From assembly GCA_000990945.1 (NCBI GenBank), contig LBQR01000003.1, forward strand, positions 11,089 through 75,088: DNA of 64,000 nt. Reading direction: 5' to 3'. How positions within the stretch are numbered: position 1 is the first letter of the stretch; the number at the start of each line of letters is the position of its first letter. Of the stretch, positions 18,290 to 28,371 are shown in pieces. The position numbers and the translations under genes are program-made. A model generated the notes under the pieces. That model did no database searches, was not told the DNA's origin, and saw only the letters and a list, made by a program, of their open reading frames with translations. The DNA comes from Candidatus Moranbacteria bacterium GW2011_GWF2_35_54 (GTDB lineage Bacteria > Patescibacteriota > Minisyncoccia > Moranbacterales > UBA9337).

Positions 18290-18892
18290 TTATGTCAAAC
18301 AAAAATTATCATATTCTTTTTTCCACTGAATATTTCCTTTCTTGAATTCTATTTTTAACTTTCTTTTAACTATTTTCAATGTCTCCAACAATTCAGGAAA
18401 TTCTCCCACGGCTTTATCAGCATAATTAGCGATAAACTCTGGTTTATCATAAATTTTGTATCCACTTTCGGCAAGTTGAGTCAAAGTTTCAATTTTATCC
18501 AGAGCTTTCACAAATTTCGCTTCCCTGGTTTTATTTTCGTTATATTCATTTTGCAAAGCAGTGATTTCTTTTCCTACTAACGCGGGAAGAGTCTGTTGAA
18601 TTTTCTCAACTGCCCTAGCTTCTTGAATTTCTTTTTCTTCTTTAGAAATTTTTCCCTCGGCGATTAAGATCGCGTCAATATCTCCGGTCAAAGCTTCGGC
18701 CATAACATCAATTTCCAGCTTTAACTCATCAGCTAGCATGAATATCATTAAAGCTAATCGCCAAGAATGTTCAGCCGTTGATTCCTGTCGGCCCGAGGTT
18801 GTTTTATTATAGCGCAAAGTTGATTTTAATTTTTCTGCTACCTCTAAAAAATCAAAAATCTTTTCTAAATTTTCTAAATTATTTCCATTCAT
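18290..18892 (-). CDS. HD-domain hydrolase (YfbR/HDDC2-like) lacking the HD helix
   Basis: RQESTAEHSWRLA, EALTGD and VKALDKIE are present; the expected ALxHD segment is absent. Confidence 0.8.
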   Translation of the reverse strand: MNGNNLENLEKIFDFLEVAEKLKSTLRYNKTTSGRQESTAEHSWRLALMIFMLADELKLEIDVMAEALTGDIDAILIAEGKISKEEKEIQEARAVEKIQQTLPALVGKEITALQNEYNENKTREAKFVKALDKIETLTQLAESGYKIYDKPEFIANYADKAVGEFPELLETLKIVKRKLKIEFKKGNIQWKKEYDNFCLT

Positions 18893-19034
18893 AAAGTTTC
18901 AACTCTATCTTAATTTTTTTAATATTTTACAATTGTTTCAAGTGTATCTTAAAATTTTACGTTTATCAACAATTATATTTTTCATGTATTTTCCGATAAA
19001 ATCAGCCCCGATATCTTTAAATTAGCGACTCTTA

Positions 19035-19574
19035 CTAAATATATTCCAGCACATCGCTTGATTTTTTAATGGTATTTTTAACCATCTTTCCATACCGATC
19101 TTTTTTTAAATATTCTGATTCTATAATTAACGCATCTACGCCGACATCTTTTGCTGGTTTGTAATCCCAACGATAACTATCCCCAACCATCAGAGCCCTG
19201 CTTTTCGGTATTTTTCTTTTTTTTAATATTTTAAGAATAAATTCTCCTTTCGAAGATTGAATTTCTCGTGTCGCATGTATTTCATCAAACAATTTCACAA
19301 GTTTAAAATGTGCCACCTTATGATTGATGACAACGTCAGCTTCCTTGGGCGGATGAGGATGGGTTGAAAGTAAGATAACAGTCACTCCCAGTTTCTTTAA
19401 CTTTTTTAGAGTAACCAGTGCTGTCGGAATCATCATTAAATGCTCACAATAGTTGTCTTTACTATCCTCATGCGCATATATCCAATGTGGTTTCTCTGTG
19501 TACTTCGTTTTTTTTGGATACCACAAAGTCCCGTCACCATCCAAAAATATTATCTTTTTTTCATTTGCAATCAT
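19035..19574 (-). CDS. HAD-family hydrolase
   Basis: FLDGDGTL and MVGDSYRWD. Confidence 0.88.
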   Translation of the reverse strand: MIANEKKIIFLDGDGTLWYPKKTKYTEKPHWIYAHEDSKDNYCEHLMMIPTALVTLKKLKKLGVTVILLSTHPHPPKEADVVINHKVAHFKLVKLFDEIHATREIQSSKGEFILKILKKRKIPKSRALMVGDSYRWDYKPAKDVGVDALIIESEYLKKDRYGKMVKNTIKKSSDVLEYI

Positions 19575-20674
19575 ATTTTTTGATTCAATAAAATTTTACC
19601 ATAATATGTTTGGCTCAAATCATCGTCCGGCAGTTCATCTTCCGTTAGTCTTGTAATCATTTCCGCATTAAAATTAGCTGACCAATTTTCAGAGACCATT
19701 GATACAACCTCTTTGATAACTATTATGTTTAATTTGCGCAACAGTTGTAGATCAGCAAAAATTTCCGGGAATCTCAATTTTAAAATTGGCAGCAAGTGAT
19801 GAAAATTTTTCCCTTTAAACTTAGAAAAGTCCTTTGTCCCTTCGACATATTGTTGAGGGTTATCAATAAAACCGAGCAATGAATTGAGCGCCCTTACTTT
19901 TGGGGCTTTTAGTGAAGAATCAAAATCAATTAGCGCAGTTAGTTTTGTCCCAACATGCAAAATATTTCCCATGTGCGTATCCGTATGAACGAATACAGAT
20001 TCACCACTATCAAAAATGGAAACGTGTTTTTTAAAATAGACTTCTATTTTATCTAGATTCTCAGGTGCACATAATTTTTCCTCTCTAATTTTAGCAATAT
20101 GGTCATCAAATTCTTTGGTTATAAATTCTGCATATGTGGGATAGGATTCTATGTCGTCAAGCGTGACCCGGCCAAAATTGGAAAATTTGATTTCAAAAAG
20201 ATTATCTATAACATCCAAAGCTTGTTGAAAAATAATTTCTCTATCTTTTTCACTCATTTCTAGAATATCGTCCAAAAGCATATGGCCGTTTGCCCTCTCC
20301 ATTACCAAAGCTTCAAATGGGGTTTTTTCAAAATTGTCATAGGCCAACACATTCACTACCAGTGAATGCTCGCCAAGGCGGTCGGAGACAATTTTGTTTG
20401 CCCAATAATCAGGATGTCCTTTCTCTTGATTTAACTTTATAACTAAATCATCGGTTATATAGGTCGCATTGACATTGCCAGCGCCAGCTTCGACAATTTC
20501 ATTAATAGACGGCAATTTTGATATATTAAGCATTTTTAAAACCTCTAAGACTTGCTCTCGAGAAAATTTCGATACCCGCTTTTTATATTGTCGGGCTATC
20601 TCATTTTGATACTCCTCCGAGTCAACATATCTCTGAGTTACATTGTCTTCTTTTTTGTCTGGCATGTTTTTCAT
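19571..20674 (-). CDS. Aminoglycoside phosphotransferase (APH)/choline kinase-like protein
   Basis: GAGNVN, VIK, HTDTHMGNIL, IDFD. Confidence 0.85.
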   Translation of the reverse strand: MKNMPDKKEDNVTQRYVDSEEYQNEIARQYKKRVSKFSREQVLEVLKMLNISKLPSINEIVEAGAGNVNATYITDDLVIKLNQEKGHPDYWANKIVSDRLGEHSLVVNVLAYDNFEKTPFEALVMERANGHMLLDDILEMSEKDREIIFQQALDVIDNLFEIKFSNFGRVTLDDIESYPTYAEFITKEFDDHIAKIREEKLCAPENLDKIEVYFKKHVSIFDSGESVFVHTDTHMGNILHVGTKLTALIDFDSSLKAPKVRALNSLLGFIDNPQQYVEGTKDFSKFKGKNFHHLLPILKLRFPEIFADLQLLRKLNIIVIKEVVSMVSENWSANFNAEMITRLTEDELPDDDLSQTYYGKILLNQKI

Positions 20675-20690
20675 AATTGATTTTTAATTT

Positions 20691-21302
20691 TTATATCAGC
20701 TCCAAAATGTTTTTGTATTTACTAATCCTAAAATCATAGTTTTCTTTTTCGTTTTGTTCCAATTTTGATCCCATAGTGTCAACCATAGCCAGTAACATCG
20801 TTTCATTATAGATATTTGGCATTTTAATTTTAAAGTCATTAAGCGCTTGCTCACAATCTTCTCGACTTCCTAAAATTTTATGGGGTTGACCATGATTTTC
20901 GATTATCGAAATAATAAATTTTTTTTCATCATCACTAAGTTCAAATCTTTTTAGAATGTTTTTGGCTTTTATAGCACCTTTTTCTTCATGATTAGGAAAT
21001 GAGTTAGTTTTGTCATTAGCAATTAACATTGTTTCATTTTTGGAAATATCATGTAGCAGAATTGCTATTCTAAGCAAAGATTTTTTTGAGTTGTTATTTA
21101 TTTTCACATCTAACCAATCTATTTGATTAGTGCTAATAATTTTTTCATACTCACTTAAAACGGATATGGTATGCTCAAAAGTTGTTTCGTGATGCCATCG
21201 ATTATTTTCAAAAGTATTTTTCAACTCGTAAAGCTCGGGTATTTCATTTTGAAATTCTCCGCCTATTATTTTATCAATCGATATGTCAGCAATATTTATC
21301 AT
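20691..21302 (-). CDS. HD-domain protein
   Basis: WHHETTFEHT, ILLHDISK, HEEKGA, IENH. Confidence 0.85.
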   Translation of the reverse strand: MINIADISIDKIIGGEFQNEIPELYELKNTFENNRWHHETTFEHTISVLSEYEKIISTNQIDWLDVKINNNSKKSLLRIAILLHDISKNETMLIANDKTNSFPNHEEKGAIKAKNILKRFELSDDEKKFIISIIENHGQPHKILGSREDCEQALNDFKIKMPNIYNETMLLAMVDTMGSKLEQNEKENYDFRISKYKNILELI

Positions 21303-21398
21303 AGTGTTTATAAAAAATAGTAATTTGTCTCTGTGACCTCGAATAGCTGAAAAACTTTTATTGATTATCTTCGAGGTATTAATGCTTGATTTTGCGAA

Positions 21399-22007
21399 TT
21401 AATATAAATCCCATTTACTTGCGTTTTTCGAGAAACCAACTATAACCTCTAAGTTTTTTGGGATAAACTCTGGCTCGAGTAAAAATGCGGTAAGACGAAG
21501 ATGCCCTTCCAAAACGACAACAGATGAATCTTTATCACTTGCTAGAAAAATTAGGCGTGGGAACTTAACCCCATTTTTAATAGCCTCAGCAACCGATAAA
21601 AATCTTTCGTTACTTTGATTGAAAATTTCTTTGCCAGCCTGAATATTTTTTACTGCATCAATTGCTAGGCGAGAGCCATCAGTTAACTCTTTCCAATAAT
21701 CATATGCGATATATTTTGCTTGTTTTAATTCTTCAGGAGTTAAGAGGGCTATGTGCCATTGAACGTCATTGGGGAAATTTTCAAATAGTTCTTGGTTTCT
21801 GCCATAACCTCTATATTCACCGAGTAAAGTTTTGCGGAATATATTGTCATCTTTATTTTTTAAATTAGGTTCGGTTATCAGTTTATGGTCAGCGCTGTAT
21901 TTATCAAGCAGACTTTTCAAACGACTATTAAAGCGTTCCGAAGAATATTCAGCTTTCAAAAACTCGGCAATCATTTCGTTCTCACTTATTTTTCCTGTTA
22001 AATTCAT
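21399..22007 (-). CDS. Hypothetical protein with a ParB/sulfiredoxin-like motif
   Basis: VVLEGHLRLTA resembles the ParB-N (D/E)GHxR motif. Confidence 0.7.
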   Translation of the reverse strand: MNLTGKISENEMIAEFLKAEYSSERFNSRLKSLLDKYSADHKLITEPNLKNKDDNIFRKTLLGEYRGYGRNQELFENFPNDVQWHIALLTPEELKQAKYIAYDYWKELTDGSRLAIDAVKNIQAGKEIFNQSNERFLSVAEAIKNGVKFPRLIFLASDKDSSVVVLEGHLRLTAFLLEPEFIPKNLEVIVGFSKNASKWDLY

Positions 22008-22061
22008 AATATTTTTATCAATCCATGCTTTTTTGTATTAACACCCAATATACTCAGCAAA

Positions 22062-23237
22062 TCAGGCTTTCTTAAGTGCAAATATTTTTCTGCTAGTAAA
22101 CGCCCATATTGCAAAAACCAACAAAAAAATACTTGTTGATATATAAATTGTCTGCAGATTCCAAATCTTACTGATTATTCCAAAGATTGGGGTTAAGAAA
22201 ACACCAAAAAGATTAATCAGCAAGGCGCTTACAGAAGTTACTGTTGCCCTGCCGACTGACTTAACATTATGCTGTATTTTACTATCAATCAATACGCTAA
22301 GTGGCGAGGTAATAAAATATGCTAGTAGCAAAACGCCAATCATTGGAATGCTTGGTTTAAGCCCAACAAAGAAAAGCAAAATCACTGCAACAAGCGGAAA
22401 GACATAAAATATCCAAATGGCTTTTTTGAATTTATGAGCATAGTAAGAGCCAATAGAATTTAGCACCGACCAAAAGAAGCCAACTAGGCCAAAAGCGTAA
22501 ATCGGCAAGCCGGAAAGTTGATAATATAATTGATCAAATTCCTCAATATTTCCGAAAATTGAGATCCCGAAAGAGTAAAGCAAGAAAATTAGCAGAACTT
22601 TATTACTTTTTACTTCTCGATAAGCAAGTTTTATATAATCGAGGTAATGAACTTCCTCAGTAGATTTTGTTTTTGGCGTTTCTCTGATAAGCAGGGCAAA
22701 AAACGCAGATAATAAAAGCGGGATGACTGAAAAAATTAACGCCCAGTCTAAGTTATAGTGAGCTATAAACCCACCAGTGACCGTGGAAATAGCTAAGGCA
22801 ATATGCTTGTAGAATTTTTTCTGCCCCAGCACTTTTTCATATTCATCTTTTTTCTTAAATGCTACGAGTTCATCGTAAAGCAAAGCTTCTGTTGTGCCTG
22901 AAACGAGAGAACTGCCGATGGCCCAAAAGAGGAATCCAAGACCATACAGATAAAAGTTGCCGTCTGCTAAAAACCAAACAACAAAACAAACAGATTTTAT
23001 TGCTGGAGCAATTACGAGCATTTTTTTGCGACTCCAATAATCTGCAAGCGCCCCCGAAGGAACTTCGAGTAACATTGCCGCCAATGCCCACCAAGCAAGT
23101 AGCATTGAGATTTCAAAAACAGAAAGCCCGCGAATGTTAAAAAGTACATTATAAATAGCATACGCAAAAACAAAATCGTACAATGACGAGCTTAATAAAT
23201 AATTACGAATAAATGATTTATATTTTTGCATCTCCAT
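22062..23237 (-). CDS. MFS transporter
   Basis: LEVPSGALADYWSRK, SGTTEALLYD, about 12 TM helices. Confidence 0.9.
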   Translation of the reverse strand: MEMQKYKSFIRNYLLSSSLYDFVFAYAIYNVLFNIRGLSVFEISMLLAWWALAAMLLEVPSGALADYWSRKKMLVIAPAIKSVCFVVWFLADGNFYLYGLGFLFWAIGSSLVSGTTEALLYDELVAFKKKDEYEKVLGQKKFYKHIALAISTVTGGFIAHYNLDWALIFSVIPLLLSAFFALLIRETPKTKSTEEVHYLDYIKLAYREVKSNKVLLIFLLYSFGISIFGNIEEFDQLYYQLSGLPIYAFGLVGFFWSVLNSIGSYYAHKFKKAIWIFYVFPLVAVILLFFVGLKPSIPMIGVLLLAYFITSPLSVLIDSKIQHNVKSVGRATVTSVSALLINLFGVFLTPIFGIISKIWNLQTIYISTSIFLLVFAIWAFTSRKIFALKKA

Positions 23238-23417
23238 GTTGATTAAATATTTTCCCGATTTAATGTTCTTGATTTGCCCAATATTCATTCTCCAACTTTA
23301 TAATTCCCTTTCCATTCATCAAACTCTTGATCTATTTTTTGCAAAAACATTATTTTTATTTTAGAAATAATAAAGTTTTGATATTTATTCTTTTAATTTG
23401 CCTTAAAAAAAATCTAT

Positions 23418-23708
23418 TTAAGTGCCCTCCTGCATATAATCACTAACAATCATTATTATTTTTTGAACATTTTTATTGCAAGATTTAAAATCGATTTTAT
23501 CTAAAATATCATTGCCATATTTTCTAATTAAATCACTAATGAGAGCATGAACAAACGATTGAGTTGCGGCATCAATGTTACTGAAATCCAACACAACCCT
23601 CTTGCCACTTTCTATGGCAGGTATGATTTCTTTGATTCTTATATCTCTAGCGATATCTTTATTTTCGGCGAAAGAGCCGACTCTTTCGAATAATTTAATA
23701 TTTTTCAT
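23418..23708 (-). CDS. STAS-like domain protein (DUF4325-like)
   Basis: VVLDFSNIDAATQSFVHAL. Confidence 0.85.
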   Translation of the reverse strand: MKNIKLFERVGSFAENKDIARDIRIKEIIPAIESGKRVVLDFSNIDAATQSFVHALISDLIRKYGNDILDKIDFKSCNKNVQKIIMIVSDYMQEGT

Positions 23709-24658
23709 ACAAATTTAGGTTTTTTATATCTAGCTTTTCTTCTTTCTTTTACTGTTTTAGAATACACACCTCTAATTAAATCTAATAACTCTGAAAATTC
23801 TTTTGTTTCATCAAGAGAAATATCAACCCCCACAACTGTACCATCCCAAATCGGAAGCTTTTCTGATTTGGAATGTTTATCCCGAAATGGATCAGCAAAC
23901 AATTTATCAGAACCACTCTTTAATAATTTGTATAAAGCATCACCACTGTAAATCATAAAAAAATCATGATTCACTTTAGCTATAGTTTTAATAAAAAATA
24001 ATCCTGCTCCCGCATTATATTCCGTGCCACCTTCTTTTTTCGTCGTTCCGGTAATCCCAGGGATTAAAGCTAAACGAATAGCTTCCATATTGGTAAACGC
24101 ATTATGAGATTTATTTATAGTTTTTTTTATTCCTACTCCCGTATCCACAATTCCAATTGCGATTCTATTACTCTTTTTATAATACTGAGCAGATACAATT
24201 GCCCCATCTTTTGAACCAGAATGCTCTATAACGTTTCTAACCAATTCGCTCACCACGTATCGAATTGGATCAACTTGAGCAGGCTGAAGATGTAAAAGAG
24301 GTATAATTTCCTTAATGAAATGCGATAATTCCTCGGAATTTTTTATCTGAGTCAATGGAATAAATCGACCCGCTGATTCATGTTCTTCTACGCTTATTCC
24401 GGATTTAACACCTAAAAATTTAAATAATCCCATTCTTTGAAGATAATGAGCAGATTTTGCCGTAAGAGTTTCACAAATAATATTTTCTGGTTTTACCGGA
24501 AGACCAAGGGCAGCCACCATAGATAAAACTACTGGATGAACAGCGATCCAGCTTTCGTTTGCAGTAATTTCTAATTTTTCTTTATTGGAAAAATCAATAT
24601 TTTTTAAAAAAGGATCGATATTTCCAATAAATGCGCTATTTGGCAAATAAATATTCAT
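23705..24658 (-). CDS. HATPase_c (GHKL) ATP-binding protein, anti-sigma kinase-like
   Basis: SELVRNVIEHS (N box), DTGVGI (G1), GAGLF (G2), GTVV. Confidence 0.85.
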   Translation of the reverse strand: MNIYLPNSAFIGNIDPFLKNIDFSNKEKLEITANESWIAVHPVVLSMVAALGLPVKPENIICETLTAKSAHYLQRMGLFKFLGVKSGISVEEHESAGRFIPLTQIKNSEELSHFIKEIIPLLHLQPAQVDPIRYVVSELVRNVIEHSGSKDGAIVSAQYYKKSNRIAIGIVDTGVGIKKTINKSHNAFTNMEAIRLALIPGITGTTKKEGGTEYNAGAGLFFIKTIAKVNHDFFMIYSGDALYKLLKSGSDKLFADPFRDKHSKSEKLPIWDGTVVGVDISLDETKEFSELLDLIRGVYSKTVKERRKARYKKPKFV

Positions 24659-24668
24659 ATTTTACTTA

Positions 24669-24718
24669 ATTTTACCGGGATTTGCATATTTTGTCAATTT
24701 ACCGGGATTCCCGGTAAA
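24669..24718 (-). promoter_or_regulatory. Sigma70 promoter overlapped by TTACCGGGA operator-like sites, copy 1
   Basis: Minus strand TTGACA-17-TAAAAT; palindrome tttaccgggattcccggtaaa. Confidence 0.75.
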
Positions 24719-24950
24719 ATAAACCACATACAAAAATTCTTAATTGTCATATATTTCACTACAAATATAAAATAGTCAGATACTTTTCCATGATTCTATT
24801 TATAAATAAAATTTACTATTTTATACCTCAAATAAAGCATAATCCATAGTATGCATTGAACTATGGATAAAATGTGCAATAAAATGCCATTTTGTCCTTT
24901 ATCCATAGCTTATTTCTCTATACTTATTATACTATAGAACAATTAAACAC

Positions 24951-25001
24951 TTTTACCGGGATTTGTAAAAATTGTCAAATTACCGGGAATCCCGGTAAAA
25001 T
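24951..25001 (-). promoter_or_regulatory. Duplicated promoter/operator, copy 2
   Basis: ttttaccgggatttgtaaaaattgtcaaattaccgggaatcccggtaaaat, 281 bp from copy 1. Confidence 0.7.
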
Positions 25002-25130
25002 CAACAAAATGTAAAAAGTCTTGACTATTGTATATTCCACTATACAATAGTCAGAATGCACTTTTTGTGGCTTATTTTGGGATTTTTTTTATATGACCGG
25101 AATTTTAAATTTGTCCTAAATCTAGCAAAA

Positions 25131-25808
25131 TTAACTCAAAATCACCACCAATTCCCCTTTGATTTTTTCTTTCCGGCTAAAATACTCAGTCATTTCATCG
25201 ATACTTCCGCGCACTACTTCTTCAAACATCTTAGTTAATTCTCGGCCGACGATAATATCTTTCGCGTAACCTAATTCTTTTAATAATTCTAAGTTTTTTA
25301 AAAGTCGGTGCGGGGAATCGTAATACATTACTGGATATTTAAATTCTATCGCTTCTTTAAAGAAAGTTTGGCGTCCTTTTTTGTGCGGTGGAAAACCCAA
25401 AAAAACAAATTTCTGCATATCAATTCCGGCTACACTAATTAGTGCTCCGATAGCTGAGGCTCCTGGAATCGGAACAACACTTATCTCCTCCCCGACTACC
25501 TGCTCTACCAACATATTGCCAGGATCACTTATGCCTGGAGTACCGGCATCAGTAACCAGCGCCATATTTTCACCATTTTTTAATCTTTCGATAATTTCAT
25601 CAACTTTTGCAATTTTACTATGTTGATGGTAGGACATGGCTGAAACTTTAATTTCATATCTGTCTAATAATTTTCTCGTTACCCGCGTATCCTCGCAGAG
25701 AATTAAATTCACAGTTTTAAGTGTTTCAATAGCGCGCAAAGTAATATCTCCCATGTTCCCAATGGGTGTGGCTACCACATATAAAATTCCTTTTTCTAAA
25801 TTTTCCAT
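25131..25808 (-). CDS. rsmI: 16S rRNA (cytidine1402-2'-O)-methyltransferase
   Basis: LYVVATPIGN, CEDTR, DAGTPGISDPG, RELTKMFEE. Confidence 0.95.
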   Translation of the reverse strand: MENLEKGILYVVATPIGNMGDITLRAIETLKTVNLILCEDTRVTRKLLDRYEIKVSAMSYHQHSKIAKVDEIIERLKNGENMALVTDAGTPGISDPGNMLVEQVVGEEISVVPIPGASAIGALISVAGIDMQKFVFLGFPPHKKGRQTFFKEAIEFKYPVMYYDSPHRLLKNLELLKELGYAKDIIVGRELTKMFEEVVRGSIDEMTEYFSRKEKIKGELVVILS

Positions 25809-25828
25809 ATTTTTAAACTGCAAAAAAA

Positions 25829-26836
25829 TTACATTTTACCTTCACTCTTCTTCATAAATTCTTTAGCCACTACTCCCACAGCCGTCGCTACCGGTACGGC
25901 CAAAATTGCCCCGGCTACACCGGCTATTTTTAAACCAATTAACATTGATAAAATAACAGCCAAGGGATTTAAGCCTACCGCTTTTTTCATTATTTGAGGA
26001 ACAATAATATTGCTCTCTATTTGATGCACTAAGACATAGAAAAATAACACAAAAATGGCCTTAACCGGAGAAACCAAAACAGCGATAAGCGTTGCCAACG
26101 AGGCTGCAATAGTCGGACCGATATAAGGAATAATTTCCAAAAATCCGCTGATTATCGCAATCACCAAGGCATAAGGTACTCCTAAAAAATAAAGGATGGT
26201 GTAATCTAATAAAAAAATAGTTAACATCAAAATCAATTGTCCGCTCATCCAGCGCCCAATTCTATTTTTTATCTTTTTAGCCAATCTGACTGTTGTAACT
26301 TTGTATTTTTCCGGGCTCACTGACTCTAAAAAATTTTCCATACCGTCTTGGTGAATCGACATATAGAAAGCCATGGAAAAAACTACCACAAAAGAAATTA
26401 ATCCGCTAAAAAATCCCACCGTGGTTGAAAAAATATTAAAAGAACCGTCTCCAAGATTATTGCTAATATTGCTAAGATTTAAGTTTAAGCCATAAAAAGA
26501 AACTCCCTTCAAAAAACTATCCGCCTGCCCAAGATAATCCGGCAAAGCCACTAAAAATGCCCTAAATTGACTAGATAGCGCCGGCACCAAAAAAGAAATA
26601 ACCGCCACTAAAATAGAAATCAAAAAAAGATAAATAATCAAAACTCCCAAAATGCGCGGGATTCTTATTTTTAATTTAAACCAACTTACCAATGGGTCGA
26701 TGGCCGCCATTACAATGATAGCCACAAAAAACAACACCAATACATCTCTAATTAAATAAAGAAATCCAAGTCCTAAAATAATTGCGACTACTTTTAAAAT
26801 CATCTCTGTCGATGCTCCGATTAATTTATTTTCCAT
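25829..26836 (-). CDS. AI-2E family transporter
   Basis: IPYIGP, QIESNIIVPQIM, GAILAVP. Confidence 0.9.
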   Translation of the reverse strand: MENKLIGASTEMILKVVAIILGLGFLYLIRDVLVLFFVAIIVMAAIDPLVSWFKLKIRIPRILGVLIIYLFLISILVAVISFLVPALSSQFRAFLVALPDYLGQADSFLKGVSFYGLNLNLSNISNNLGDGSFNIFSTTVGFFSGLISFVVVFSMAFYMSIHQDGMENFLESVSPEKYKVTTVRLAKKIKNRIGRWMSGQLILMLTIFLLDYTILYFLGVPYALVIAIISGFLEIIPYIGPTIAASLATLIAVLVSPVKAIFVLFFYVLVHQIESNIIVPQIMKKAVGLNPLAVILSMLIGLKIAGVAGAILAVPVATAVGVVAKEFMKKSEGKM

Positions 26837-26846
26837 AGTGGTTAAT

Positions 26847-28078
26847 TTAAAATTTTAATATTTCTTCCAATTCCTTAGTTCTTTTGTGCGGTCCAGTTAA
26901 GGCTAAATTTAATTTTTCGTTTCTAAAAATATCTTTAGCTACGCGCAAAATATCTTCTTGGGTTACTTTATCGATCTTTTTAAAAATATCTTTGGGAGTT
27001 AATATTTTTTCTTTTCTAATTTCTTGCCCTATCAAAAATGAAGCCACGGAGTCAGATGATTCCAGGCCCATTACCGATTTACCTTTTACATAATCTTTGG
27101 CTTTTTGTAGCTCTTGCGCGGTGACTTTTCTGCTGGCAATTTTCTTATATTCTTTCAAAATTGTCTCTACAGCTTTAGCTAAATTTTTATGTTCTACTCC
27201 CGCTGAAGTCGCTAGATAACCAGCCTCCTGATAAGATTCTGTACCGGTATGCACATAATAAGCCAGTCCTTGTCGCTCTCTGACATTGATGAAGAGTCGA
27301 CTACTCATATTACCTCCTAAAATAATAGAAAGCAAGGATAAGACATACTCATCTTTGTGCCCATCGGGATAAGCGCGTACTCCTAAAATTAAATGGGTTT
27401 GATCGGTTTTCTTATTTTTAATTTTTATTTGAGGTGCATTTTGTGTTTCAATTACTTTTATAACTTCTCAATTTTCCTTATCAATTTATTCTCATCTATT
27501 TTTCCAGCTATACAAACAACTGTATCGCCAGAGATATAAAATCTCTTTATATAATTAATAAAGTCATTTCTCTTTACACTCCCGATAGTTTCTTTGGTTC
27601 CGATAATTTGCCTGCCCAATTTTTGATTACCATACAAAAGACCTTCAAAAACATCATCCACACTTCGCATCGGCATATCCTCATACATATTCAATTCCTG
27701 AATAATTGTTCCACGTTCTTTATTTATTTCTTTGGTATCAAATTTGGAGTTAAGAAACATATCTGATATTACATCCAAAGTTTTATCTAAATGTTTAGCA
27801 TCGCTTTTGGCATAATAAGCCGTACTGGTTTTACCTGTAAAAGCGTTAAATTCTCCCCCAATAGCATCCAGTTCATTGGCAATTATTTGAGTGTTAGCGC
27901 GCTTCTTCGTACCCTTAAACATCATGTGCTCAATAAAGTGAGAAAGTCCCCGCTCTTCGTCGTTTTCATACCTTGATCCTACTCCCACCATCACCATCAC
28001 CGTCGCTGTTTGCGTGTCTTTCATCGGAGCAGTAATTATTCTTAATCCATTTTTTAAGGTTGTTTTTTTATAATTCAT
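26847..28078 (-). pseudogene. M16 (pitrilysin-like) peptidase split by a frameshift near 27460 (real or assembly error)
   Basis: N half has HFIEH (inverted zinc motif) and NAFT; C half has SSRLFINVRERQGLAY in a different frame. Confidence 0.85.
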
Positions 28079-28189
28079 AAAGTATTAATAAATTTATTGA
28101 TTTAAGCCAGCTTTTCACTAACTAAAAAGCTACTCTAATAGTAGCCTATAGTGCCCAAAAATTCAAATATATTGTTACAATATATTGTA

Positions 28190-28355
28190 ACTTACGCGTT
28201 TGAACTATATAGCCTTGGTTTCTAAAAAATATTATTTTTTCGAACTGCCCGCTTCGCAGTAGCTTTAGCGAGGCGAGCCGTGCGAAGCGAAAGGCGAGAA
28301 AAAATGATATTTTTCAGAAACGCATAAAACAAAAATAATATTCAAACGCGTAAGT
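28190..28355. mobile_element. MITE-like element with 15-bp perfect TIRs, internal IRs and a nested 30-bp family F element (28248-28277)
   Basis: acttacgcgtttgaa ... ttcaaacgcgtaagt; a shorter relative at about 53683-53745. Confidence 0.75.
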
Positions 28356-28371
28356 CCTATATATATCAAAA

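Noticed and set aside
18290-24658. Classical integron cassette array
   Set aside because: No intI, and no attC-like RYYYAAC...GTTRRRY palindromes recognised between the genes.
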